A stretch of DNA of 62,421 nucleotides, filler included, from Choristocarpus tenellus KU-1152 (lineage: Eukaryota; Protista; Phaeophyceae), in NCBI GenBank assembly GCA_964200185.2. It is 11 parts of 11 records of this genome, joined end to end, with 100 filler letters (N's around TTAATTAATTAA, not from the genome) between each part and the next. Parts side by side here need not be neighbours in the genome. Positions count along the whole stretch, not along the records: positions 44,512 to 51,492 come from CAXNAD020006927.1; positions 51,593 to 58,214 come from CAXNAD020007730.1; positions 58,315 to 62,421 come from CAXNAD020016171.1; 8 more parts are not named here. The stretch is one strand, 5' to 3'. Every line of letters starts with the position of its first letter. Positions within the stretch are counted from its first letter, which is position 1. Under the pieces are notes generated by a model. It saw nothing but the letters and a program-made list of their open reading frames with translations, had not been told where the DNA came from and did not search any database. The position numbers were made by a program, and so were the translations under genes. Positions 50,895-62,421 of the stretch are shown here, one piece after another.

Positions 50895-51026
50895 CATCTC
50901 AGTAAATCCTGGAAGTTGCGACATGGCCTGCTTAAGTGTGGGGTTCTCGATGATGGCCTGGCGGGCCTGCTCCATCTTCTCAGGATTGCCCAGTACCTGC
51001 TCCATCATGTCCGAGTTCATCATTTC
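50895..51026 (-). CDS. STI1-like (Met-rich, NP-repeat) protein exon
   Basis: ttttcag|EMMNSDMMEQVLGNPEKMEQARQAIIENPTLKQAMSQLPGFTEM|gtgaga; 132 bp. Confidence 0.8.
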
Positions 51027-52718
51027 CTGAAAAAAAAAACATGCAATGAAGTCGCACCAATGTAACAAACACAAACATGAAGGAGTTAGTAAAAGAGAGT
51101 AAGGGTCGTGAGGGAGGGGGGGGTCAAGAAATTACTCAATTTCAGGATATGGTCTTCAGCAACCATAAATAACCACACACAATATCCAACAACCAGTCAT
51201 ACTAGATGAATGTATACCCAACAAAATTCTCCTGACTTACCAACATCAGCTGCACCAACACTTGCCACGGACAGAAAAAAAACTACAAAGAAATGGGGAG
51301 TGACAGAATCCAAACACAAAATACCCTTTCCCAGAACACCCTTTATACCACCAACTGTGAACAACTAACGGTAACGAACGATATCCAGCAGCACCACTCT
51401 AAAACCAAGAAACCCCCCCCCTCCCCCCCCCCCCCCCCCACCACCCCCCCAACCCCACCCCCCACACCCCACCCCCCACCCCACCACACACCNNNNNNNN
51501 NNNNNNNNNNNNNNNNNNNNNNNNNNNNNNNNNNNNTTAATTAATTAANNNNNNNNNNNNNNNNNNNNNNNNNNNNNNNNNNNNNNNNNNNNATGGCCTC
51601 CCCTCTCTCGAGCCAGCTGCCCCCGCTCCGTCCCCCTCGTCAGTGAGGCTGAGGGGGGGGGGGGGGGGGGGGGGGGGGGGATGCACATGCACTGTGAATT
51701 GATCTGTGAGTTTCAAACTTCAGAGCAGTTATTTTATATGAGCTCTATGTTGTTATGCTCGTACTTGCAAATTACATATAAGATTAAAATCTACTCTAGC
51801 AAACAAGTGTGGTAACCCCTTTTTGCTGATGGGACTGACCAAGATAAGGTATCTTCATTGGGGGGCAAGGGCCTTTGGAAAATGTTACTGGGCTGGGTTG
51901 AGGCCCATAGGCCCGTCCCTTCGAGCTGAATCTATGACATACTGGTGTAATTGTTTTGTGATCCACATCAACCACTGCAACATCCGATACTTGGGAAAAA
52001 TTTCGTGCTGTTCCATGTCTTCGCCAAGGATGAAGGATGACACAAAAAACCGCGCTACAGCCTCTGATCTGGTCCACTTGAAAGTTAATACCATAAGAAA
52101 GATACAAACACTCGACCTCAGTCCTTAGGTTTTCGGCAGTACTTTCCCTAAAACTGACACAAGAGCACCACAGTCCAACCACATCATATCATATGTGGAG
52201 CACTCAAAGTAAGTTGGAGATGACCAATAAATGAGAAGTTTGCTGTGATGATCAGACAACTGTTTGTAAGTCATGCAGAGTATTTGTAGCTCGCTCAGTT
52301 CTCCTAGCTCACCGGGAAAGATAACTGGTTACCACTTTCATTCAATGCAGACGATACTATTTAAGTCAGGAATGTACTATCAGTCTCTCAACCCAGTAGT
52401 TACGCAGCTAGTGGAGGACACACCCCGTCGCATATGTATATTAAATTTAGTGCTCGGATCACCTATGGGAATTGAAATTCTTGTGTATACACTTGTAGGA
52501 CCCATTGAAAATCAGGTAATCATAAAAGATACCCTTGAACATAACATGCCTCTTAGAAGATTGAAGTCACTTCACAGTAAATAACAGTCCCGAAGTAGAG
52601 TAATCTGGGATCAAGTTCCTACTCAAGAAAATGGTTCCCCATATGGTATTCTTATAGGTTAGGTAACCCCTTACAAATATGCCAAAAACTGCAACAGTAG
52701 TTTGGCTCGCTTCCTCAC

Positions 52719-52790
52719 CAGATAGTTGGTTCCCTGACAGGTCAATGTGCTCAACCTGCGTCAGATTGCCCATCTCAGGAGGCATTTCAC
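52719..52790 (-). CDS. 72-bp leucine-rich repeat exon
   Basis: acag|(G)EMPPEMGNLTQVEHIDLSGNQLS(G)|gtgag, phase 1/1; plant-type LRR consensus. Confidence 0.9.
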
Positions 52791-53049
52791 CTGTCAAAAA
52801 ATACATTTGCAGCAGGAACAAGAGGTTTGAAAGGGACAGATTCAAGGATAGGAGAGGGTTAAATCATAGTTCAGATTCTCCTGCCGATCTTGCACTTGCT
52901 TTAACCTGCTACGACCATGCCACAATTGGTTACAACCTCAACATGCACCTGGGAATTGCTCAAGGTTACCATATGATACTAAGCAAAATATAACTTCCCT
53001 TTCACAACAACGTGTGGATGTAACCACTCTCAGGGTGGGCGTAACTTGA

Positions 53050-54760
53050 ATGTCGACAAGCATGAGATGACACCTGATACGCCAAAAATTCGTGCAGTGC
53101 TCGAAACTTCCCAGAGGTCAGGATCCTTCATGAGTAAAAATGCATACGGGGGCACTATCACCAAATTCGTATGGGAGAGACACACCCCCATTGGGTATGG
53201 ACAAAGAGAAGAGACGCCTCAAAAACTCAATAGGGAGGGCACTAGAGGAGGATCTTAATCTGTCTTGAAAGAGTCGATTGACCGGTAAGCACAGAAGCCC
53301 ACTCAAGCTAACCACTCAGTGGGAACATCACCCACCCAAGCACTTAGAGACAACTCGATATCAATCGTTCGGGTATGCATTGTCAGTCAGCAACATTCAC
53401 CGGTGTGCTTGAGATCGAAATGAAGATTGCGCTGTCTTTGTAGAGCTGAACGAGGCAATTGGAATACGATACCATAGCTCACTAGATAGAAGTCACAATG
53501 CGTGGACAGTTGTATTTGTAGACAGGATACCTCTTCCAGTTAATAATGGGATCTACGGCTAAAGCTCCCAACTATATCACAGACTAATCACAATAAGGTC
53601 ATACGCAGAGGTCCCGGGTTGAACAGGTCCAAACGCAGCTGGACCCTCTCTCTTCATCATGTTGAATGGCAGAATGTAAGACGATGAGCGGATCATGGTA
53701 CATCCCATTGGCAAGGTAAAATAAAAAGATTGTCAAGAAGACTCTTCGCCAAGGGTCATCACCACAGATGAACACATGAATAAGGAGGTCCTAGACTGCA
53801 GAGCATTTGAACACAAGTCGACTCCCCTACGCTCACCAAATCAGTACTGGGATCCATCGATGTGAATAAAGAGTGTACAAAAATAGAAAACCGCACTACA
53901 GCAAAAAAAAACAGATAACTGTTAGGAGGAGCGATGGCATGACAATATACACATCACTCTACTATCAATAGGGTACAGGGGTGCAGTAGTGACATCGAAC
54001 ATTTCTACAGATAGTGACTCCTAGCATGGGGCGGCATCTGTCAATACCACAAAGATAGCAGCACTGTTCTTCAAAGCATAGCGCAATACATTGTAAAACT
54101 GTGTTGGAAAACAATCTCTGGCAACACCGGGGTGAAATGAAGGCATCCATCTCTTCTTGAGGACAAGAGGACTTGTAGTGTTCCAAACATGCCAACCTAT
54201 CAATACTCGTAGAGTTCTTTTGTAGTCACCATGTTGATGAGTTCAGGATTCAGTTTTGGTGTCACTCAAAGGAATATTTGTGGAAGGCCACATCATGCAG
54301 TTCAGGTATCGATACAACTACGTCAATGCCTGTCGATTTTTGTGGCCTCCCATGACCTTACACTTCCAACTATTGACGGCAGGCTTGAAGAACTCGAAAT
54401 TGGATGCCGATTGCCCATGTGATCTCCATACCATTACCTGAGGCAGAACTTCATCTGAGTCTCTCCTGCAACGTCCACATATATAGCCAAATGGGGTATA
54501 CCTTTGTAACCAGGAGGTATGTATGCATCATCTCTATTGAAAGACTTAAATTTACCACTAATGGAGTCTTGTCAAGCACATGGACTGTATTTGGAAGTGC
54601 AGGTGCCCTCTTTATATCAAGTTTATGCTGGATGGCAGTTGCTCTCAGGATCAACAGGGCCATAGCCATACCTTCTTTGGTCACCACAGGGGTGTTGTTG
54701 GAATGCAGCATTGTGCTGAGACTCAACCCTCGTGGTTATCACTCTATCAACAAATTCTAG
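53050..54760 (-). pseudogene. Decayed LINE-like RT remnant inside the LRR-gene intron (related fragment at about 51800-52180)
   Basis: Ordered fragments KRAP, VYPIWL, PGVARDCFPTQFYNVL resemble KAPG, YRPIxL and GVxQGCxLSPxLFN; both fragments share gctgtagYgcggtttt and ccttggcgaaga. Confidence 0.45.
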
Positions 54761-55405
54761 AGTTAATTGTTCCTAAACCGCATGAAACACTCAAAAAATA
54801 ATTTGGTGGAGCGATCAAGAGTAACAGAGAGGTACCCTACTCAGAATTGAACTTCAAACACGCTGGCAAATATATGCAAAATTCGATTCCGTTTTTAAAA
54901 TGCATGTGGGAACTTTTTCGAACATTGTCGAAAATTTTCAAACAACCAAAATCCCCTATAATCAAACTTAACACCTCATCTATGGAAACTTGGACAAATC
55001 GCAAAAGCTTTAAACTATTGAGTCGTACAGCAAAACGGAAAAAAAAACAAAAAAAACGGGTACCTCTCTCTAACTTTGGCTCAGTACATACAGCCTTTGC
55101 ATAGTTAAGCAGTTAGTTTCAGGTCAATTTCGGGCAAATCGCGGGACGATTCTTTCACGGGATCCTTTTCACAAAAAACTACTTTTCTAACTCACACCCA
55201 TCACTACGGGTCCAGTTGCAAGCTGGCAACACTTAATTCCCGAACACTAAGGCACAGTAAACAACTCACCTCAATTGGGCACACAAACACAGAAACATTT
55301 TTGCTCCAGACGTGTCAAGCAGAGGGGGACTGTCAACATCTACGCACACCAGCAACAATCATAGAACGTGAAATTATTCAAGGTCAAACATTGTCTTGTA
55401 CTCAC

Positions 55406-55477
55406 CCGTCAGGTGGTTGTCATTCAACCGTAAGTCACGCAGCTTTGTCAGAACACAAAGCTCTGAAGGAATTGTAC
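55406..55477 (-). CDS. 72-bp leucine-rich repeat exon (not in the ORF track)
   Basis: gcag|(G)TIPSELCVLTKLRDLRLNDNHLT(G)|gtgag, phase 1/1. Confidence 0.9.
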
Positions 55478-57462
55478 CTGCGAAACGTCATAGACAATAA
55501 AAGGTATTGCACCAGCAGAGTCGGTTCTGTGAAAAACTCTACAGCAAAAAATCTGCAAGTGGAATGGGAGGAATGATACCAGCAGCGGTCTCAAAATATA
55601 CCAAGTCAATCACATCATCCAAGATAGCCGATACCAAAAACATCGACAGATTAGATTCAACCGGATATTTCTCGAGTGAGTGTGTGTTTGTGTTTGTTTG
55701 TGTAGTGTGTTCTGCCTCCCGAGTGCCCCGTGGTTAGATGCTCTACACCTTGCCTCAAACACTACATGCGCATTTCAAATGCAATCAGAGGAAGGTGTGT
55801 TAGAAGCTTATAAGCCAGATAAATTTGAACTCAACGATCATTTCAATTCGTAGTACTACCCATAATGAATCTTGCACAATAATCTTGAATCTTGCAATCG
55901 GGCAGGCCTAGAATTGACCCTAGACGAAGAACAATCCAGAATTGTTCTTCGTCTCCGCCACCTGACGTATCCGCTCCTCCCAGAGCGATATATATATATA
56001 TATATGACTTTGTGAGATTTTCTGGGAATGGTCCAAGAAAAATCCCAAGTATACCCTACCACCAACTCGCCCATGGTTTTCCTTTTCATTCATACCCTAC
56101 CACCAACTAAACCCTAACCCTATATACAGGCCCCTTCGGAGAACACAATTATTCCAAGCAATCAATTATGAAAGGGATGCAATCTTCTTTTTAAAAAGGT
56201 TGTAACTGTAAAAAAATAGGAGAGGAAGTGAACAAAGAATCTTCGAGTTCGTGTGCAGCGAGGGTAGGTTTTGAATGGGCATTTGAGGTGATAACGGGTT
56301 CAAATGTCACCACATTAGGGTTAGGACACACACAGTCTGAAGCATTGTGCAGGCAATGGCCAGGAGAACTAAACCACCAACCAAGACTCCACCGGGCATG
56401 TCTCTAGATAAGCAAAGCTCAATAAAGTGCTGGACTGAAGGCTAAAGCTCCCATTACCAGGGCTCCCAAATACACAGTATTGGTAGAAGGTAAGATTAAT
56501 AGTAATCCACCTTAGCGTCTCACATCAAGCACCGGAATCTTGTCTACATGAAGTTTTGTACCAGGTGATAGTATAGCTACATAGAAGTCAACTCTTTCAG
56601 AGTCAATCTCAAACTGAGAGCAGGCCAAGAAGAGAAGGGAAGAAATATAGCCAAACTATTGACTGCCCAACAGCGATTATGACACCCCCTTCTAAGGACT
56701 TATTATTGCCATAAGCATGTTTTGCGTAAAAACTAGACTCAGTTTTAAAATCATTAGAGTTTCAAGTTTTAACGATTAGCCTCCATAGCTCTGAAGTTAG
56801 AAAAACTATTCCTATGTCTGGGTTAATGATCTGCGGGCATCTTGTTGCCAAAATAATTAGAGGTGGTGCAGAATATAAAATACTAACTTATACGGTAGAG
56901 ACGGTGTGACTATAGAAGAGTTTGTTTTTTTTTGCAAATGAAGATTTATTTTGATGGATATTTTGTTTTAAAAAAAACCAACATAGTTGTTGATGCTAAA
57001 TTTCAAAGCGAACACAGTTTTACTTCTACAAGCGAAGTTCTTGCTAGTACAGAAATATTTGTTTCTTAGAATCTTAGAGCATACCTTTTCCTAAGCGGAC
57101 ATTAAACTTTCCTTTCTCAAAAGATTAACTATTTATTACGTACCGCAAGCAATAGCCTAGCTCCTTTGCCGCTTTAAGCTCTTGCAAACAGAGGGGCCAC
57201 TAGCGAAATAAATCAAGACAAATCAACAGTAAATATATATATACCGTCTTAGTAATAATATAGATAAAGTCATTTGCAACAAACAGGAAATCGGAGATTA
57301 CTTACTGGTCACGAAATACTTGGGTGGGTCAATATGTGTGAATGCAACAGTACACCCACACACATTGATCAATCCTTTTCCTGCCATGCCGTCTACATTC
57401 ACTCCACCGCATCAATCTTCACTTCCCTTAAGTACAGTGGAAAACACATTTGACTCTCTCAC

Positions 57463-57534
57463 CAGATAGCTTGTTGGAACTCAGCCTGAGCACTTCAAGC
57501 TGGGCCAATTCGCCAAGCCAATAGGGCACACCAC
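57463..57534 (-). CDS. 72-bp leucine-rich repeat exon
   Basis: ccag|(G)GVPYWLGELAQLEVLRLSSNKLS(G)|gtgag, phase 1/1. Confidence 0.9.
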
Positions 57535-57925
57535 CTGGTGAGGAGTAGTTCAAGGAGACGCTCGTCAAGAGAAATGTATGGACGCATTTAACTTCCACTA
57601 GGGCTGTGACCCAACATTGATTTACAGAGTCCATCGCAAATAAACAACAGAGTGCACCAAAAGCTTTCTAGCTCCTCTCTCCACCTCACACCACCTGTTG
57701 TCTAGAACACTACACTCATCTTCACTGAGTCATCACCTTTCAACAGTATATAGCTGGCTTTCGAGAGGTTGATTGTACACTACCATGAACAAACACGATA
57801 TTGAAATACAGAAGACATGCAGGATTCGTAACTACAGGCTTTTCAAGAATCTTCATCAATCTCATTTAGATATTTGACCCACTCAATAAACACCCTGAAA
57901 AGAGGGCTATTCACTTATGCCGTCT

Positions 57926-58108
57926 GGCTCAAAGTATCTAAGGGGGCATGGCAGCTGTCCATTTGGGACCAACGTTTCATGTTGCGATTTTGTGATTTGG
58001 TTGCATACGTCGGATGGATAATTCAAACACACTTTTCCTGGTTATGCCCCAAATGGAAACCCTGGTGTAGACCACCACCATCCCCCCCCACCCCAGATAC
58101 TTTGGGTC
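57926..58108. mobile_element. G-tract MITE copy, TSD GTCT
   Basis: gtct|GGCTCAAAGTATCTAAGGGG...CCCAGATACTTTGGGTC|gtct. Confidence 0.88.
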
Positions 58109-58949
58109 GTCTAAAAAACGACGATGACGATAAGGGGGGGAGGGGGGGGGGAGTGTCATTGAGATTCAAGGGCCCTATTGACTGCTCTAGAGGGAGGCTT
58201 CAAGCACTCTTTGGNNNNNNNNNNNNNNNNNNNNNNNNNNNNNNNNNNNNNNNNNNNNTTAATTAATTAANNNNNNNNNNNNNNNNNNNNNNNNNNNNNN
58301 NNNNNNNNNNNNNNATACAGTGATGTCAGTTGCATGTTTGTCCCAGAAATCTTTTGCCAGTCGAGAGATTTACGGACAGGAGCATCCCCCCCTCAGGTCG
58401 TAACAAAGAACACACTTCGATTCCAACATGTCAACAGAAACAATCATGATTTACATAACATAGGAGAGACATCATTTCAAAAGCAGGTAACAAAGATATA
58501 GAAATGTGACTCCAGGTACTCCTTTTCAAAAGGAGTGGGCTTAACTCAACATTTTTCGTTGTTCAGAGCTCTACTCAAGTGACCTGCTGTAGAGATTGGT
58601 CTTGAATGTGACTAATCTTGATTGAGAGTAAGGAGGGCACAGTTGTGTAGTGGAGGTTGTGCAGTAGTAGATCCAAGAGGATGGGGCAAGGAGCTATATA
58701 ACAAACGCATAGCACACGTGGCTGTTGCTGACACTGCACGAGCAGGTTTGCACTTTCTGCTATTCATACACAAAATAGCAAACAAACAGAAAGTTCATCC
58801 TTTGTATCTCTGTATTTATGGGTAATGAACGTGTATGGTTTGGATGCTCAAAATATTAATATCCGACATGATTCATGGTGAAGAGTACCGTGTTACCATC
58901 CCAACACGGCAGGTTTACAATCGACGTACAACACAAATCATCTGAGGTC

Positions 58950-59830
58950 CAACCTGCCATCGAGTGCATCTCTTGCTGTCTTCATGTCCAAGATCAATCT
59001 AGCCAACGCCACCATTTGCCCGTCTATACTGGGCTGGACGCTTGAAAGAAACCCACGGTCGACGTTCCCAGCTATACCTATACTCCCATCTATACCCGCG
59101 GAGTCGACAATGGCTGTTGGGGGGGTCAAGGAGACAATCGGGAGGGACCAGAACCTATTGGACAATGATCCGAGCTGAGACGCCTGTGAAGACAAAATTG
59201 GACCAACTACCTGCGGACATGAGAGGCAGGGGCACATGCAGGAAACTCAGTCCCTTGCGTTTTCACAAAATTCGACGGAACCCAAATATCATCGCACGCT
59301 CAGTAGACAAGGGTTGCTCACCATCGCTGTCACTAGGAGAAAAGAACATCAGACATTGGTCGTGCCGACATACACGATTATATGTTCGCGAAATTATCAT
59401 TTCTCAAACAGGTGCCATATCGAGTTCACCTCGCCTAATCTTATCTTCACCTCATCATCTTTGTCGATACTGAAGGCCTACTATTTGTATAATGTTTCAA
59501 GACACGTACCCCATGTGTCGAGTTGGCACTGTCAAGGCCGCTGCATAGAGATTCGAGGGCCAGAGACCCAGATCCTGCCGAGACGAGCTTCAATGAGAGT
59601 GGTACCACCTCATCTCTATTTGAGTTGATAGTATCCACAGCCAGCTGGAGGATGGAACCAAAAGCCAGAGCAAGGGGGAAGTAGCCGACGGAACCATCAC
59701 CCCTCTCAAGCCAAGTTTCTGGAACTACCCCAACAAGTCCCACCTGCCCTGCTCCACGAACGATTAGACCTGCGCAGAGGAACAATCCATACAACCTACC
59801 ACAGTGCATCCTACGACACATAGGTCCAGG
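58950..59830 (+). pseudogene. Decayed gypsy-type integrase region
   Basis: TLVVP....I....H.S..CH....YYLYNVSRHV...S..CQ resembles the integrase H2C2 zinc-binding domain; frameshifted. Confidence 0.5.
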
Positions 59831-60960
59831 ACGTTCCTGTCACCCTGCATCAACTAACCTTGTATATGGTGATGTTGTTGTTGTTCACAAACACACTCCT
59901 ATCGAATTTCTGTTGGGTACAAAATATTTATTGATCCAAACAAGTATCATGTACAAAAATGTCAATCAATAGTACCTGCAGTTGTTCCACACGAGATACT
60001 TCAATTATCAATGTGATTGTCTCTTTGAAGTATAGGAAGTACTTTTATATCCAACCAAACGATGTATGTTAATTACATACCTAATCAAAAAACACAAAAC
60101 ACAAAATTTATTTTAGAACTACTCGATTCTCCTCCTCCCGCAAATTCTGACAAAATTTCAACTTAATTTGTACTTATGCTGACATTGAAGGCTTGTATAT
60201 CAATATACACTACAAAGTACTTAAGAATATACCACGATTACAGATGTAATGTTATTTTCGTTTTTGGAAGACTCAACAAAAAAGTGATATACTATGATAC
60301 TCTGGTTCCAACAATACTATTCTTCGTTTCCACAATTCTGTTTGCCACAAAAATCCGCCTCTCCATGATTGAATTTTTTTATTGTACAACCTATTTCTCA
60401 TCGTTCAGGTTGATCGCTACGATTCAGAAATTTCCAAACTTGGAAATTGGAAAGTTCTTGGAAGGGGTATGTTTTGGTTTTGGAGTATTAAGGGAAGGGT
60501 AACACATTTTTGGTGAAGGATGAAGGGGACGTTGGAAGATATTGATGTTTTGGGAGTTTGTGAATGGAAAAGAAAGTGAAGGTGGAGAGGAGGAACATTG
60601 GTGAATGTATCTCCAACATGAGCTTGACAAGTTTGGGACAGGAGATGAGGGTTGGAGGATGACCAGAGCCACCGACCAACTGGAGTGGTACGTGAGTGTG
60701 ACATGATACTCTTGTGAAGATTGGGCGTCATAGTATCAAGGCAACGGTGCGCAAGCGGAGTCTGCAATTTGCTGGGTCGTTTCTCGAATGGCGCATGACA
60801 GATGACGTCCCAGGATATTGATATTTTGGGGAGGTTGTGAGTGGCAAACGGAAGCAAGGATGATGGAGAAAAATTATGGTAGACATGCCTCCAAGTCGAC
60901 CTTGAAAAGTTCGGGATTGGAGATAATAAGGGTTTTGAAGGACGACAAGGGTCACAAACC

Positions 60961-61347
60961 AACAGGAGTTTTATGATTGGAGGCTACAGTGGGAAAGGGG
61001 CTGACAAGTCCCGTCTACGACAGGTAGTGTCTGTCACAGCACAAGTAGCTCTATCTAGACAGTTCATACGTTTGAAGCTGGAGATACCAGGGAGATGGGC
61101 AAGGAAGGGCTTGTTAGTTTCTTGGGATACTTCCCTACTCCTCACCCTGGTGTGCAGGACTAAGCTAGGTTGGAGTTACAGGAGGGCAGCGGTGTAGCAT
61201 AGCTGGTAGTAAAATAGTAAATAGATAGAGAAATGTCTTTCACATTTATGACAACTGTTATATTCTTAAGGGTTGATTTGGCATTTGAATGTTTTTCATT
61301 GGTTTTCCCCTGACACATCTTCAAAGCTTCAGAGGGCGTAATAATAA
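60961..61347 (+). mobile_element. Non-LTR retrotransposon 3' end (same family as 33971-34854)
   Basis: KGADKSRLRQVVSVTAQVALSRQFIRLKL, then a 3' UTR ending gagggcgTAATAATAA. Confidence 0.8.
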
Positions 61348-61380
61348 AGTATAGTAACTCATCTGTATATATATTATATA

Positions 61381-61686
61381 TTATTATGCCCTCTGACATT
61401 TTGCAGATGTATCAGGGGGAAGATAAATGAATTAAAACTATTCACATCTCAGTATAAACCCTAAAGAAGTAAAATATATCACAAATGTGAGGAACACTTA
61501 TCTATTTGTTATTTCACTATTATGTTGTACCACTACTTTCCTGTGCCTCCAATCTACCTATCCCTGTACCCCAGTGAGGGTGAGGAGCTAGGGAGGCATC
61601 CCAACAATCCAACAAACCCCTCCGTGCCTATCTCCCTGGTGACTCCAGCATAAAAACGCATGACACTTCTAGACAGTGCCACTTCA
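61381..61686 (-). mobile_element. 5'-truncated copy of the same retrotransposon
   Basis: Begins ttattatgccctctgacattttgcagatgtat on the + strand, as in the other copies; shares the ctccagcataaaaacgc block. Confidence 0.8.
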
Positions 61687-61801
61687 TAATATATATCCCT
61701 TACTTTACTATCAATTCCATATATACCATACAAGGGTTATTTTCTTAATCATACCGTGACATCTACGCCACCACCCTAACTACTCTTTAGTACATATTTT
61801 G

Positions 61802-62230
61802 TTATTATGCCCTCTGACATTTTGCAGATGTATGAGGGGAAAGACGGGTGGAAAGCCAATTCAATATCAGAACCCCTGTAAAAGTAACAGTTGTCGTAAA
61901 TGTAAGAGATATTTTTCTATCTATTCACTATTTGATTACCGCCTATATTACACCACTCCCCTCCTATGACTCCAACCTAGCTTAGATCTACACCCCAGGG
62001 CGAGGAGCCAGGAAAGCATCCCAAGAATCTGACAGGTCCCTCCTTGCCCATCTCCCTGATGTCTCCAGCATAAAACGCGTGACACTTCTTGATAGAGCCA
62101 CTTGTGTTATGACGAACACTATCTGTCGTAAACAAGATTTGACAGCTCCTTTCCTGCTGTAGCCTCCCAGCCCTCTCCCCCCTACCACATGCGTAGTCAA
62201 CTCATTCAGAACATTTTCTCCTTGTTATGA
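61802..62230 (-). mobile_element. 5'-truncated copy of the same retrotransposon
   Basis: Same 3' end; translation HVVGGRGLGGYSRKGAVKSCLRQIVFVITQVALSRSVTRFML. Confidence 0.82.
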
Positions 62231-62343
62231 TTTCCTCATAAATTTTGTAGATACATCAAGGAAAGGCCAAACCAATATCAAAAGTACACATGTAAAAGTA
62301 TCAGTTGTCGTAAATCTATGCGTTATTATATCCTCCAACATTT

Positions 62344-62421
62344 GACCCAAAGTATCTGGGAGGGGGGAGGGGTCTACACCAGGGTGTCCATTTGTACCAA
62401 AATCAGGAAAAGCGCATTTAC
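62344..62421. mobile_element. Partial G-tract MITE at the window end
   Basis: GACCCAAAGTATCTGGGAGGGGGG...; reverse complement of 24370-24446. Confidence 0.85.

Noticed and set aside
56700-57230. AT-rich segment with faint resemblance to an organellar ribosomal protein gene (possible NUMT/NUPT)
   Set aside because: Similarity is too weak and interrupted by stops; it needs a BLAST against organelle genomes.
1-62421. Prokaryotic operon, phage or giant-virus insertion, or a defence system
   Set aside because: No long intronless ORFs or viral hallmark genes; all recognisable genes are spliced eukaryotic fragments.

Overview
This is eukaryotic nuclear DNA, not one contiguous locus. It consists of 11 short contigs joined by an artificial 100-bp spacer (N44-TTAATTAATTAA-N44), so no synteny can be read across spacers. 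Several features suggest a stramenopile, probably a brown alga or close relative (inference): multi-kb introns, one-LRR-per-72-bp-exon architecture, a bipartite-looking plastid presequence and TTAGGG repeats. Spliced gene fragments supported by the sequence are: the C-terminal part of a ubiquitin-activating E1 enzyme, a Myb/SANT-like helical protein with a GC-AG intron, the 3' end of an SLC35A-like nucleotide-sugar transporter, an aldo/keto reductase with a signal peptide, an STI1-like protein, three LRR exons and a few unassigned exons. There is also one tRNA-Trp(CCA). Much of the rest is repeats: DD39D mariner remnants, a G-tract MITE family with 4-bp target-site duplications (TSDs), a foldback MITE, endonuclease-bearing non-LTR retrotransposon 3' ends, decayed LINE/gypsy remnants, many intron-private minisatellites and dense short interstitial (TTAGGG)n tracts. 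Most ORFs in the six-frame track are spurious. No clearly novel multi-gene system could be established. The best leads are the intronic telomere-repeat tracts, the LRR exon cassettes, the unclassified MITE, the clustered retrotransposon tails and the tRNA-Trp with a 4-bp anticodon stem.
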